From Alkanindiges illinoisensis DSM 15370 (GTDB lineage Bacteria; Pseudomonadota; Gammaproteobacteria; Pseudomonadales; Moraxellaceae), in the NCBI RefSeq assembly GCF_000619845.1, contig NZ_JHUX01000004.1:355190-387189 (forward strand): a DNA stretch of 32,000 nucleotides, in the 5' to 3' direction. A model generated the notes under the pieces. The model did not search any database. It saw only the letters and a program-made list of their open reading frames with translations, and was not told where the DNA came from. Position numbers and translations under genes: made by a program. This document shows positions 11,033-19,024 of this stretch, piece after piece. The first letter of the stretch is position 1. Each line of letters starts with the position of its first letter.

Positions 11033-11932
11033 TTAATTAAATGGATCAGCAATCGGAGTTGTGCTGGCTGGGGCTGGATTAGTTTCTGCAGGGACTGGGT
11101 TAGTCACTGAAGACCCCGCAGGCTTGGCTGGATTTGGCGGAACAGTGCCTAAAGGATTAACTGCTGGATTTGTTCCAGTCGGTTGCCCATTAACTGATGG
11201 CAATGCGGGAATTGCGCCTATGGTTAACTGCGAGCTATTGGCACTTGAATCAATAGGAGCCGTTGGGGTAGGCGGTGCAGCAGGTGCTTCTACTGGAACA
11301 GGCACTGAACGCAGGCGTACCTGATAGACCTGGCCTGCTTTTGATAAATTGGTAATGCTGTCTTCTGAACCCACATCATCAATGACTGATGACTTAAACT
11401 CGGAAAAACGCACTGGATAGGCCTTTACACTGGCTGGCAGATCAAAGCTGATGGTCTTGCTGGCTTCGAGCGCTTTACCCACTGAAGAAAAACTACCATA
11501 CACCAGCACATAGCGTTCACCCTGCTCCGGCGTACGGGAGCGCAAATAAAAAAACTTGTCGCGGTCAGCACGCTTGTCCAGATAACTTTTGACAATTTCT
11601 TCCTGTGATACACTCATCACATGCACTGTCCAGTTACCAGACTGCGTCTTAACGAAACTTGCACCGCGAAATTCTGCGGTCCGTTCACTAGTACTCATAT
11701 CCTGATTAATATCCAGCTCTGGCACCATATCAGTCATCATGCCAAGCGTTGGTGAAAACTGTACTTTTTCAGGTTCCACCGGAACATCCCGAGCTTTTAA
11801 ATCCTTTTCAACCGTAATCCTTTGATGAATTTGCATGCCAACCCATAGGAAAAAAGCAATCGCCAGCATGATCAGGCCACCCAGCAACCATGTACTGTTT
11901 TGCACAGTGCGCCAAATACGAGTACGGTTCAT
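11033..11932 (-). CDS. Membrane-anchored SPOR-domain protein (DamX-like position), with a Pro-rich C-terminal tail
   Basis: One TM segment ([21 protein letters not shown]). A SPOR-like fold region follows ([62 protein letters not shown]), then a tail of roughly 115 aa rich in P/A/T/N. I place the start at ATG 11932 (MNRTRIW), which forms an ATGA overlap with the aroB stop. The ORF-track start at 11971 would overlap aroB by 43 nt. The position after aroK-aroB mirrors E. coli damX and P. aeruginosa PA5037. Confidence 0.6.
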   Translation of the reverse strand: MNRTRIWRTVQNSTWLLGGLIMLAIAFFLWVGMQIHQRITVEKDLKARDVPVEPEKVQFSPTLGMMTDMVPELDINQDMSTSERTAEFRGASFVKTQSGNWTVHVMSVSQEEIVKSYLDKRADRDKFFYLRSRTPEQGERYVLVYGSFSSVGKALEASKTISFDLPASVKAYPVRFSEFKSSVIDDVGSEDSITNLSKAGQVYQVRLRSVPVPVEAPAAPPTPTAPIDSSANSSQLTIGAIPALPSVNGQPTGTNPAVNPLGTVPPNPAKPAGSSVTNPVPAETNPAPASTTPIADPFN

Positions 11933-13038
11933 GCGGTCTGTTCCCCGACTGGCTGAGTAGGCTGCTGGCATGCAGCAATGGTGTCCCGAATAAGTTCAGG
12001 CGTGGCATCACGGCTAATTACAGCTTGCCCCACTTGCCTGAGTAAAATCAGGCGCAACTGGCCAGCCAGTACTTTTTTATCCTGTGCCATTAAAGCCATA
12101 AACTGTTCAACTGGAATAGCGGGGCAAACCGTCGGTAAATGCGCACGCGCAATAATCTGGCGTACACGGGCAACATCAGCAGTACTAATCCAGCCCATGC
12201 GACAGGATAAATCAGCAGCCATAACCATACCGGCTGCCACAGCCTCACCATGCAACCATTCACCATAGCCCAGATAAGCCTCAATCGCATGACCAAAGGT
12301 ATGCCCCAGATTTAGTAAGGCTCGCTCTCCATGTTCATGCTCATCGGCTGCCACAATTCGGGCTTTGTGCGCACAGGAACGGTAAACCGCTTCTGCCAGC
12401 AAATGGGCATCACGCGCTACCAGCTGTTCCATATGGGTTTCAAGCCATACCAGAAAACCCTGATCACCCAGCAAGGCATACTTGATAATTTCTGCCAAGC
12501 CTGCTGACAATTCGCGATCAGCTAATGTGTCTAGCTGTGCCATATCGGCCATAACTACACTGGGCTGCTTGAAAGCGCCAATCATGTTCTTGCCTAATGG
12601 ATGGTTAATCCCGGTTTTTCCGCCGACACTGGAATCAACCTGAGACAACAATGTTGTAGGCACCTGCACAAAATCCACACCGCGCTGAAAGCTTGCTGCA
12701 GCAAATCCAGCCATATCACCAATCACGCCGCCGCCCAGCGCCAGCACTGTACAATCACGGTTAAAACTGGCAGCAAGTAAGGCATCAAAAATCAGGTTTA
12801 AGGTGTCAATATTTTTATAAGCCTCACCATCTGGCAAAATACAGGTCATCACCTGCTTGCCAGCATGCTCCAGGGCATCCTGATAGCCCGCCATATAGAG
12901 AGGCGCTACAGTTGTGTTGCTGACAATCATTACTTGCCGCCCTTTGATATAAGGTGCTAAGCACTCCTGAACAGGAAGATGACTACCAATAAAAATAGGG
13001 TAACGACGTTCACCAAGCTCAACATGTAGCGTTTGCAT
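11929..13038 (-). CDS. aroB: 3-dehydroquinate synthase
   Basis: 369 aa. Contains the NAD-binding motif [21 protein letters not shown], the segment [23 protein letters not shown], and the metal ligands in [12 protein letters not shown] / HGEAVAAGM. Confidence 0.97.
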   Translation of the reverse strand: MQTLHVELGERRYPIFIGSHLPVQECLAPYIKGRQVMIVSNTTVAPLYMAGYQDALEHAGKQVMTCILPDGEAYKNIDTLNLIFDALLAASFNRDCTVLALGGGVIGDMAGFAAASFQRGVDFVQVPTTLLSQVDSSVGGKTGINHPLGKNMIGAFKQPSVVMADMAQLDTLADRELSAGLAEIIKYALLGDQGFLVWLETHMEQLVARDAHLLAEAVYRSCAHKARIVAADEHEHGERALLNLGHTFGHAIEAYLGYGEWLHGEAVAAGMVMAADLSCRMGWISTADVARVRQIIARAHLPTVCPAIPVEQFMALMAQDKKVLAGQLRLILLRQVGQAVISRDATPELIRDTIAACQQPTQPVGEQTA

Positions 13039-13074
13039 AAAATGATCTAAAATGTAGCCTTGAAGATTTTATGT

Positions 13075-13623
13075 TTATCTTAACGTGTTTAGGCCAATCA
13101 ATTGAATAATTTTTTGTGCCAAATCGCGTGCAGAGCCATCCGAAGTAGGAATGACATGATGAGCCACCTGCCGATATAAAGGGTCGCGAAGGCTTAACAG
13201 TTCTTTTAATTTTTCTTCGGGATTGGCTACTTGCAATAAGGGTCTATTACGATCACGGGAGGTACGTGCCAGCTGCATTTCAACAGGGGTGTATAAGTAA
13301 ATTACAATACCACGCTGCTTTAGAAATTCACGATTTTCCTGGCGCATGATTGCACCACCCCCTGTAGCCAGTACAATTCCTGACCGCCGGGTTAGATAAT
13401 CAATTACCTGCTGCTCACGCTGCCGAAAACCGTTTTCCCCTTCTTTTTCAAAAATCCAGGGAATACTGGCACCTGTTCTAGCTTCAATTTCATGGTCACT
13501 GTCGATAAAAGAACGGCCCAGCAAATCTGCCAGATGCCGTCCTACCGTTGTTTTACCAGCACCCATTGGCCCAACCAGATAAATGCTGGTATTGGCCTCT
13601 AGGTTTAAGCAGCTTGACTCCAA
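13075..13623 (-). CDS. aroK: Shikimate kinase
   Basis: 182 aa. P-loop LVGPMGAGKTTVGR, DSD motif and LATGGGA. Collinear with E. coli AroK as I recall it. The start codon is TTG at 13623, with AAAGGA 8 nt upstream. No in-frame ATG exists before the P-loop. Confidence 0.95.
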   Translation of the reverse strand: MESSCLNLEANTSIYLVGPMGAGKTTVGRHLADLLGRSFIDSDHEIEARTGASIPWIFEKEGENGFRQREQQVIDYLTRRSGIVLATGGGAIMRQENREFLKQRGIVIYLYTPVEMQLARTSRDRNRPLLQVANPEEKLKELLSLRDPLYRQVAHHVIPTSDGSARDLAQKIIQLIGLNTLR

Positions 13624-13649
13624 AAAACTGTCCTTTCTAGCAGCACACC

Positions 13650-15866
13650 TTATTTTGGCGTACGAGTGGTTGTATCAGACACAAGGCGTGGGGTTACAAA
13701 AATGAGTAACTCCTGCTTATTATCAAGATTAAGATTTTTTCTAAACAGATTACCTACGTAAGGGATATCCCCTAAAAATGGAACTTTAGTTACGGTATTA
13801 CCAGTTTCATTAATAAAGATGCCCCCAAGCACAACAGTTTCCCCATCATTTACCAGTACGTTGGTTGCTACCCGGTTGGTATCAATCTGGCGCTGACCTG
13901 TAGAGAGCACTGTACCTGGCGTATCACTATTGATAAATAACTCCATTCCAATTTTACCATCTGGCGTAATATTGGGTGTTACTTCCAGGCTTAATTCAGC
14001 ATTAATAAACTGTACTGAGGTTGCACCGCTTGAAGTAGCAGCCTGATAAGGAATTTGAGTACCTGAAGCAACCCGGGCCTTTTGCTTATCCCCTGTAAGT
14101 ACTTTCGGCGTTGAAATCACTTCACCCTTACCTTCAGACTGTAAAGCTGACAACTCAAGATCCAGCATTACATCAGATAGGCTAATCAAGCCAAAAGCAA
14201 TCCGGCTAGCACCTGCTGAAGTTACACCTAAGTCAACATTAAGGTTATCTGGTCGGTCAATCTCATAAGTATATCCTCCCAACTCATCATCCAGTTCTGG
14301 CTCGCGCAGGTTCCACAATGTTGTTTCTGAGCCGCCAACTAGTAGATTGTTATTATTGGTAATCCCCTGAGAAAGCACACCCCACTTCACACCCATTTCC
14401 TTACTAAAATTATTAGTAGCTCTTACAATCCGCGCTTCAATCATTACTTGTTTAACTGGTACATCTAGACGATTGATCATGGCTCGTATTTCATCAATTT
14501 TTGCTGCAGTATCCTGAATAATTAAGGTGTTGGTCCGTGGATCAATTGAAATTGTTCCACGTGTTGATAATAAACTACCGACGTTACTATCAATGCCGTT
14601 GTTGCTTGAATTGCTACCTGTTGAACCAGAAGCCCCATTATTACGGCCTGAAGTAATCAGGGTTTGAATGTCTGCTGCTTTTGCATAGCTAATTTGGATA
14701 TATTCGGTTTGTAACGGGGCTAGTTGCTCTACCTGCTGGATTGCCTGTGCCTCCAGTTTTTCGCGCGCAGTAATTTCAATGGCTGGTGCTACCATGATTA
14801 CGTTGCCGGTGCGACGCTTATCAAGACCTTTGGTCTTTAAGATAATATCGAGCGCCTGATCCCAGGGTACATTCTGCAAACGAATTGTAATACGGCCATT
14901 AACGCTATCACTGGCCACCAGATTCAGATTAGTAAAATCAGCAATCAACTGAAGTACTGAACGTACATCAATGTCCTGAAAATTCAGAGAAAGTTTCTGG
15001 CCTGTATAAATTTCTTCAGCACGGGCTTTTGTGGTTACCTCAGGTTTTACAGCAGGCTTAACGCTAATGGTAAGCTTATTGTCAGTCTGATAAGCCATGT
15101 ACTCATATTCACCTTGCGGTTGAATCACCATCATGCCATTACTGCCTTCATTATAGGCATCAATGGTTGATACTGGTGTGGCAAAGTCATTCACATCCAG
15201 ACGACGGCGTAATTGTGAAGGAATTTTTGCACCGACGAAGCGCACGATAATACGGCTGCCTTGCTGCTGCACATCAACCGGCAAAGAAGAATTCAATAAA
15301 TCAACAGTGATTAATCCATCACCTGAAGCGCCACGCTGGAAATCAATATTACGAATATCAGCAGAAACTGGTGCTATGCTGGTATTGATGGTAGCAGGAA
15401 CAACAGGGGTCATGGTGGAAGTTGTAGCTGCACCCGCTGCTCGACTAATTTTTAAAATCAGGGTATTTCCTTCAACCCGGGTACTATAATTGCCTGCCTC
15501 GGTAAGATTAACCACCAGGCGGGTACGCTCCTGATTGGTGACTACACTGACATCCTGGGCATTCTTGCTAGCAACACTAATCCGGTTACTTGGTAATGCA
15601 CTGATCGTTTCTGGAAAATCCAGCACCAAACGGGTGGGCTGTTCAATTTGATAGGCTTGCGGATCAGGTGGCGTACTGCTGAATACCAGACGCAACTCCG
15701 TTTCATTATTGGGCAATGCCAGTGGAATGACCTGATTTAGGCTGACCTGAGCGGCCATTGCTGCCTGAACTGCCAATGCACAGGCACTTGCAAGTGTAAG
15801 TTGACGCATAAAAGAAGTCATTGCGGGTGTTGCCCCCATACCAAACTGATTAATTGGGTTCCTCAT
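13650..15866 (-). CDS. pilQ: Type IV pilus secretin PilQ
   Basis: Signal peptide, then two N-terminal AMIN-like repeats (..LRLVFSSTP..RLVLDFPET.. and ..ITVDLLNSS..RIIVRFVGAKIP). Secretin core and C-terminal motif VPFLGDIPYVGNLFR follow. I favour the ATG at 15866 (MRNPINQ), preceded by GAGGAA 7 nt upstream. The ORF-track ATG at 15899 would overlap pilP by 14 nt. Confidence 0.95.
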   Translation of the reverse strand: MRNPINQFGMGATPAMTSFMRQLTLASACALAVQAAMAAQVSLNQVIPLALPNNETELRLVFSSTPPDPQAYQIEQPTRLVLDFPETISALPSNRISVASKNAQDVSVVTNQERTRLVVNLTEAGNYSTRVEGNTLILKISRAAGAATTSTMTPVVPATINTSIAPVSADIRNIDFQRGASGDGLITVDLLNSSLPVDVQQQGSRIIVRFVGAKIPSQLRRRLDVNDFATPVSTIDAYNEGSNGMMVIQPQGEYEYMAYQTDNKLTISVKPAVKPEVTTKARAEEIYTGQKLSLNFQDIDVRSVLQLIADFTNLNLVASDSVNGRITIRLQNVPWDQALDIILKTKGLDKRRTGNVIMVAPAIEITAREKLEAQAIQQVEQLAPLQTEYIQISYAKAADIQTLITSGRNNGASGSTGSNSSNNGIDSNVGSLLSTRGTISIDPRTNTLIIQDTAAKIDEIRAMINRLDVPVKQVMIEARIVRATNNFSKEMGVKWGVLSQGITNNNNLLVGGSETTLWNLREPELDDELGGYTYEIDRPDNLNVDLGVTSAGASRIAFGLISLSDVMLDLELSALQSEGKGEVISTPKVLTGDKQKARVASGTQIPYQAATSSGATSVQFINAELSLEVTPNITPDGKIGMELFINSDTPGTVLSTGQRQIDTNRVATNVLVNDGETVVLGGIFINETGNTVTKVPFLGDIPYVGNLFRKNLNLDNKQELLIFVTPRLVSDTTTRTPK

Positions 15867-15885
15867 TTTTATTTCCTCAAATTCC

Positions 15886-16413
15886 TTATGCGCCAACATC
15901 GATCATGACGAGATTACGTGGACGCTCAACAAAACCATCACGACCATTAGGTACAATTTCAATGACAGAAATCTGGCTTGGTGAAATATCAACAATACGA
16001 CCATAGTTTTTGCCCAGGTAATTACCTTTTTCTACCCTGACCACACCGCCTTCCGGTGCCTGGATCAAGCCATACAGTGATCCATTTGAGCGTCTTAAGG
16101 TGCCTTTCATTACCAAAGCTTCAATCGGAAACTGCTCAAGGTACTGCGGCGGACGCGAAAGATCAGGCATGATTTGCCGGCCCGCTGCTACTCTAAGTTC
16201 CATGGCCAGACTGGGCGGCATAAATGGACTTCTTAACTGCTGGGCAGAATAAGCAAAAGAAGGCACAGGCAGAAATACCGGTGCAGGGGGTACAGGTTGT
16301 GGTGGCTGACTACGGATTTGCTGCATCTGTTCGTTAACCACATCAAGCCGTGAGCTACAGCCTGTTAACAGGACAGTCCCAAGTATTGTAATTGTAAGGA
16401 GCTTGAGCTTCAT
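15886..16413 (-). CDS. pilP: Type IV pilus assembly lipoprotein PilP
   Basis: 175 aa. Lipobox LLTGC|S, a Pro-rich linker, and a C-terminal PilP beta-domain (LEQFPIEALVMKGTL...VRVEKGNYLGKNYGRIVDISPSQISVIEIV). Lies between pilO and pilQ. Confidence 0.88.
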   Translation of the reverse strand: MKLKLLTITILGTVLLTGCSSRLDVVNEQMQQIRSQPPQPVPPAPVFLPVPSFAYSAQQLRSPFMPPSLAMELRVAAGRQIMPDLSRPPQYLEQFPIEALVMKGTLRRSNGSLYGLIQAPEGGVVRVEKGNYLGKNYGRIVDISPSQISVIEIVPNGRDGFVERPRNLVMIDVGA

Positions 16414-17132
16414 TATTTTGGTGCTCCTGCTGCTGGTGCTGGTGTTGATGAATCTTCAGCGGGCTGATCATTATAACGATAAGTTTTTGCCTGTACCGTC
16501 ATTTTCAGCACAGGAACTTCACTTTTGGTTTCGGATTCCGGCAAGGTTTCAATCACAAAGTCATGTAGGGTGACAATACGTGGCAATGCTGCCAAGCCAC
16601 TTACAAATGAACCAAACGCATGATAGTCACCTTGCGCCACAATCGAAATTGGCAGTTCAATAAAGAACTCCTGTTTTACCTCAGGCTGTACGCTAATATT
16701 GTTAAAGCGTAGACCACTGCTGACCCCGGTAAAGTTGATGTCCTCAACCAGACCTGGAATTTCCGTTTCCTTGGGTAGCTGCTGTAGCAATTCACCAAAG
16801 GTGCGCTCCATATCTTCAATTTGCTTTTGATATAATTGCAAATTTCTTAGCTTGGAATCTTTCTCACGATATTCATTCAACAGGCTTTCTTCTTGTGCCC
16901 TGGCATTATCAATATCGTTTAACAATGGACGAATCAGCACAAAATAAGCCAGTGCAAGCGTCACTAATAATACAAAAATATAAATTGTAATTTTAACCGA
17001 AGTGGGCCAGCTCCCCATATTTTGGGGATCAAGAGAGTTAAAGCTGTTGATAAACTCCTGAAAGTTAAACGGCTTTTTCTTTGGTGCCAATAATTCGTCT
17101 TTTTCGAGTGTAGAGTCGTCAAAATCGTCCAT
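16413..17132 (-). CDS. pilO: Type IV pilus assembly protein PilO
   Basis: 239 aa. Single TM (ITIYIFVLLVTLALAYFVLI), a coiled-coil segment, and a ferredoxin-like C-terminal region (LPISIVAQGDYHAFGSFVSGLAALPRIVTLHDF). Lies between pilN and pilP. Confidence 0.88.
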   Translation of the reverse strand: MDDFDDSTLEKDELLAPKKKPFNFQEFINSFNSLDPQNMGSWPTSVKITIYIFVLLVTLALAYFVLIRPLLNDIDNARAQEESLLNEYREKDSKLRNLQLYQKQIEDMERTFGELLQQLPKETEIPGLVEDINFTGVSSGLRFNNISVQPEVKQEFFIELPISIVAQGDYHAFGSFVSGLAALPRIVTLHDFVIETLPESETKSEVPVLKMTVQAKTYRYNDQPAEDSSTPAPAAGAPK

Positions 17133-17800
17133 TACTGTTGACCCCCTGTTGTTGGTGCTGGTGCCGGAGTACTGGCAGGTGCCGATATGCTGGCATCAGT
17201 ACTAGCATCCATGGTAGCCGCTTCATCACTAATATCTACAGTAACCAGAAACTCGCCAAAACTATCTTCTGGTCGCGGCAATACAGTCCCCGATGGCTTG
17301 GGCTGGTTATCCGTGGCTTTGGCAGTATAGGAGTTCATGAAAGCATTTCTAAACCAGGGAGAGTTCTCCAGATTACGCAAAAATTCGGATACGGTATTTG
17401 GACTTTCTGCACGGCCGGTAATAATAAATTTGTCATCTTTACGCTCAAACCGGGTAATAAACATCTGGTCTGGCGTTAAACGAGCCATTTCATCAAATAG
17501 GCGCACCACCACCGGACGCTTGCCCTGCAAATCCTGAATCAGCTTCATGCGCTCAATAATTTCATCACGGTGGGCTTGCAAGCCATCCAGTGCTTTTAAG
17601 CGTACATCCAGTTCGCTATTGGCCGTTTGCACCAGCTGATTGGCCTGTTGCTGATCGTTTAAGCGCTGATTGACAAAAGCCCAGGCCAGTGCTGAGAGCA
17701 CAAGACCCAGTAAAAACATCCCAATTGATATACTAATAAATTCTTTTTTTCGCTGCTCACGGAGCGCTTCGCGCCATGGCAGTAGGTTTATTTTTGCCAT
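17132..17800 (-). CDS. pilN: Type IV pilus assembly protein PilN
   Basis: 222 aa. Canonical N-terminal KINLLPWRE motif, one TM, and a coiled coil. C-terminal P/A/T/S-rich tail. Confidence 0.9.
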   Translation of the reverse strand: MAKINLLPWREALREQRKKEFISISIGMFLLGLVLSALAWAFVNQRLNDQQQANQLVQTANSELDVRLKALDGLQAHRDEIIERMKLIQDLQGKRPVVVRLFDEMARLTPDQMFITRFERKDDKFIITGRAESPNTVSEFLRNLENSPWFRNAFMNSYTAKATDNQPKPSGTVLPRPEDSFGEFLVTVDISDEAATMDASTDASISAPASTPAPAPTTGGQQ

Positions 17801-18858
17801 TAATCAAAACTCCGTAAAGCCAAACCGCAGGCAATCAGCAATGATGGCGCATCATTTTCAATCTGGTTCGCATCAATCTGCGAGGCAAAACCCATTTGTA
17901 AAAATGGGTTGGCAATAGTAACCCGATGTCCCAGTTTTTCCTGTAATAACCGGGCAAGGCCTGGAATATTGGCATTACCACCAGCGAGCAGGATATGGTC
18001 AACATCATTATATTGCGTTGATGAATAAAAGAACTGCAATGAGCGCGCAGCCTGCTGCACAATAGCATCCATATAAGGAATCAGGACTTCCGGCTCATAG
18101 TCATCCGGCAGGTTGCCTTCTTTTTTGGCACGTCCGGCTTCATCAAAAGACAGACCATAGCGGCGCTGAATGTCTTCAGTCAGTTGCTTGCCGCCAAATA
18201 GCTGTTCACGGCTATAAATAATCTTTTCATCCTTAAGCACGCTTAAGGTCGTCATGGTATGACCAATATCAAAAATCGCAACAATATCCGGAGTACCCGG
18301 TAGCGTATCAATAATCAGGGAAAAAGCACGTTCAATGGCATAGGATTCGACATCAATGACGCGGGGCACCAGACCGGCCAGTTCTAATGCTTCACTGCGC
18401 ATATCTACATTTTCTGTACGCGACGCAACTAAAAGTACACTGACACGGCTGGGATTAGTTGGTGAAATATCAACAACCTCAAAATCAAGGCTGACTTCAT
18501 CCAGCGGATATGGAATGTATTGTTCAGCATCCAGACGAATCTGCACTTCGCGTTCGTCGTCGGTCATGTCAGCATCCATTTCAATGATTTTGGTAATCAC
18601 TGCTGAGGAAGCGACTGCCGCTGCTGCGCCATTGCTTTTGGGATTGGTCAGATTAAGCAGACGCTCAATGGTTTCACCAACACTTTCAGGATCGGCAATG
18701 TTTTTTTCAACAACTGCATGAGAAGGTAATGGCAGAATTCCATAGCTTTCTACCCAGTACCGTCCATCTCTGATGTCCAATTCAAGTAACTTGACCGAAG
18801 TGGAACTGATATCAACCCCGACAAGACTTTTATTTTGTTTACGCTGAAAGGAAAGCAC
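17800..18858 (-). CDS. pilM: Type IV pilus assembly ATPase-fold protein PilM
   Basis: 352 aa with an actin-like fold. N-terminal LVGVDISSTSVKLLEL and later FDIGHTMTTLSV, ILLAGGNANIPGL. GTG start at 18858 with AGGGA 7 nt upstream. Confidence 0.95.
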   Translation of the reverse strand: MLSFQRKQNKSLVGVDISSTSVKLLELDIRDGRYWVESYGILPLPSHAVVEKNIADPESVGETIERLLNLTNPKSNGAAAAVASSAVITKIIEMDADMTDDEREVQIRLDAEQYIPYPLDEVSLDFEVVDISPTNPSRVSVLLVASRTENVDMRSEALELAGLVPRVIDVESYAIERAFSLIIDTLPGTPDIVAIFDIGHTMTTLSVLKDEKIIYSREQLFGGKQLTEDIQRRYGLSFDEAGRAKKEGNLPDDYEPEVLIPYMDAIVQQAARSLQFFYSSTQYNDVDHILLAGGNANIPGLARLLQEKLGHRVTIANPFLQMGFASQIDANQIENDAPSLLIACGLALRSFD

Positions 18859-18932
18859 CGTAAGTTCCCTGTTATTGTTCTAAACATCCGGAATATAACA
18901 CAAGCTACGCCAATACATAGTGCGAATAGCTC

Positions 18933-18960
18933 ACTATAATAAATATAGTAAAACTAACAA
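18933..18960 (-). promoter_or_regulatory. Candidate sigma-70 promoter for pilM
   Basis: The minus strand reads TTGTTA (18960-18955), a 16-nt spacer, then TATAGT (18938-18933), about 75 nt upstream of the pilM GTG. The region is AT-rich, so alternative hexamers exist. This is a weak call. Confidence 0.3.
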
Positions 18961-19024
18961 TCCTAAGTTTCTGGCGCTATACTGCGTCAATTCCGATCCC
19001 TGCAGGTATTAAAACGCACTTGTT

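Noticed and set aside
18859-19024. ponA promoter candidates (TATAAT at 18935-18940; TATACT at 18979-18984)
   Set aside because: The -10-like hexamers exist, but the corresponding -35 positions match TTGACA at only 2-3 of 6. This cannot be distinguished from AT-rich background without TSS data.
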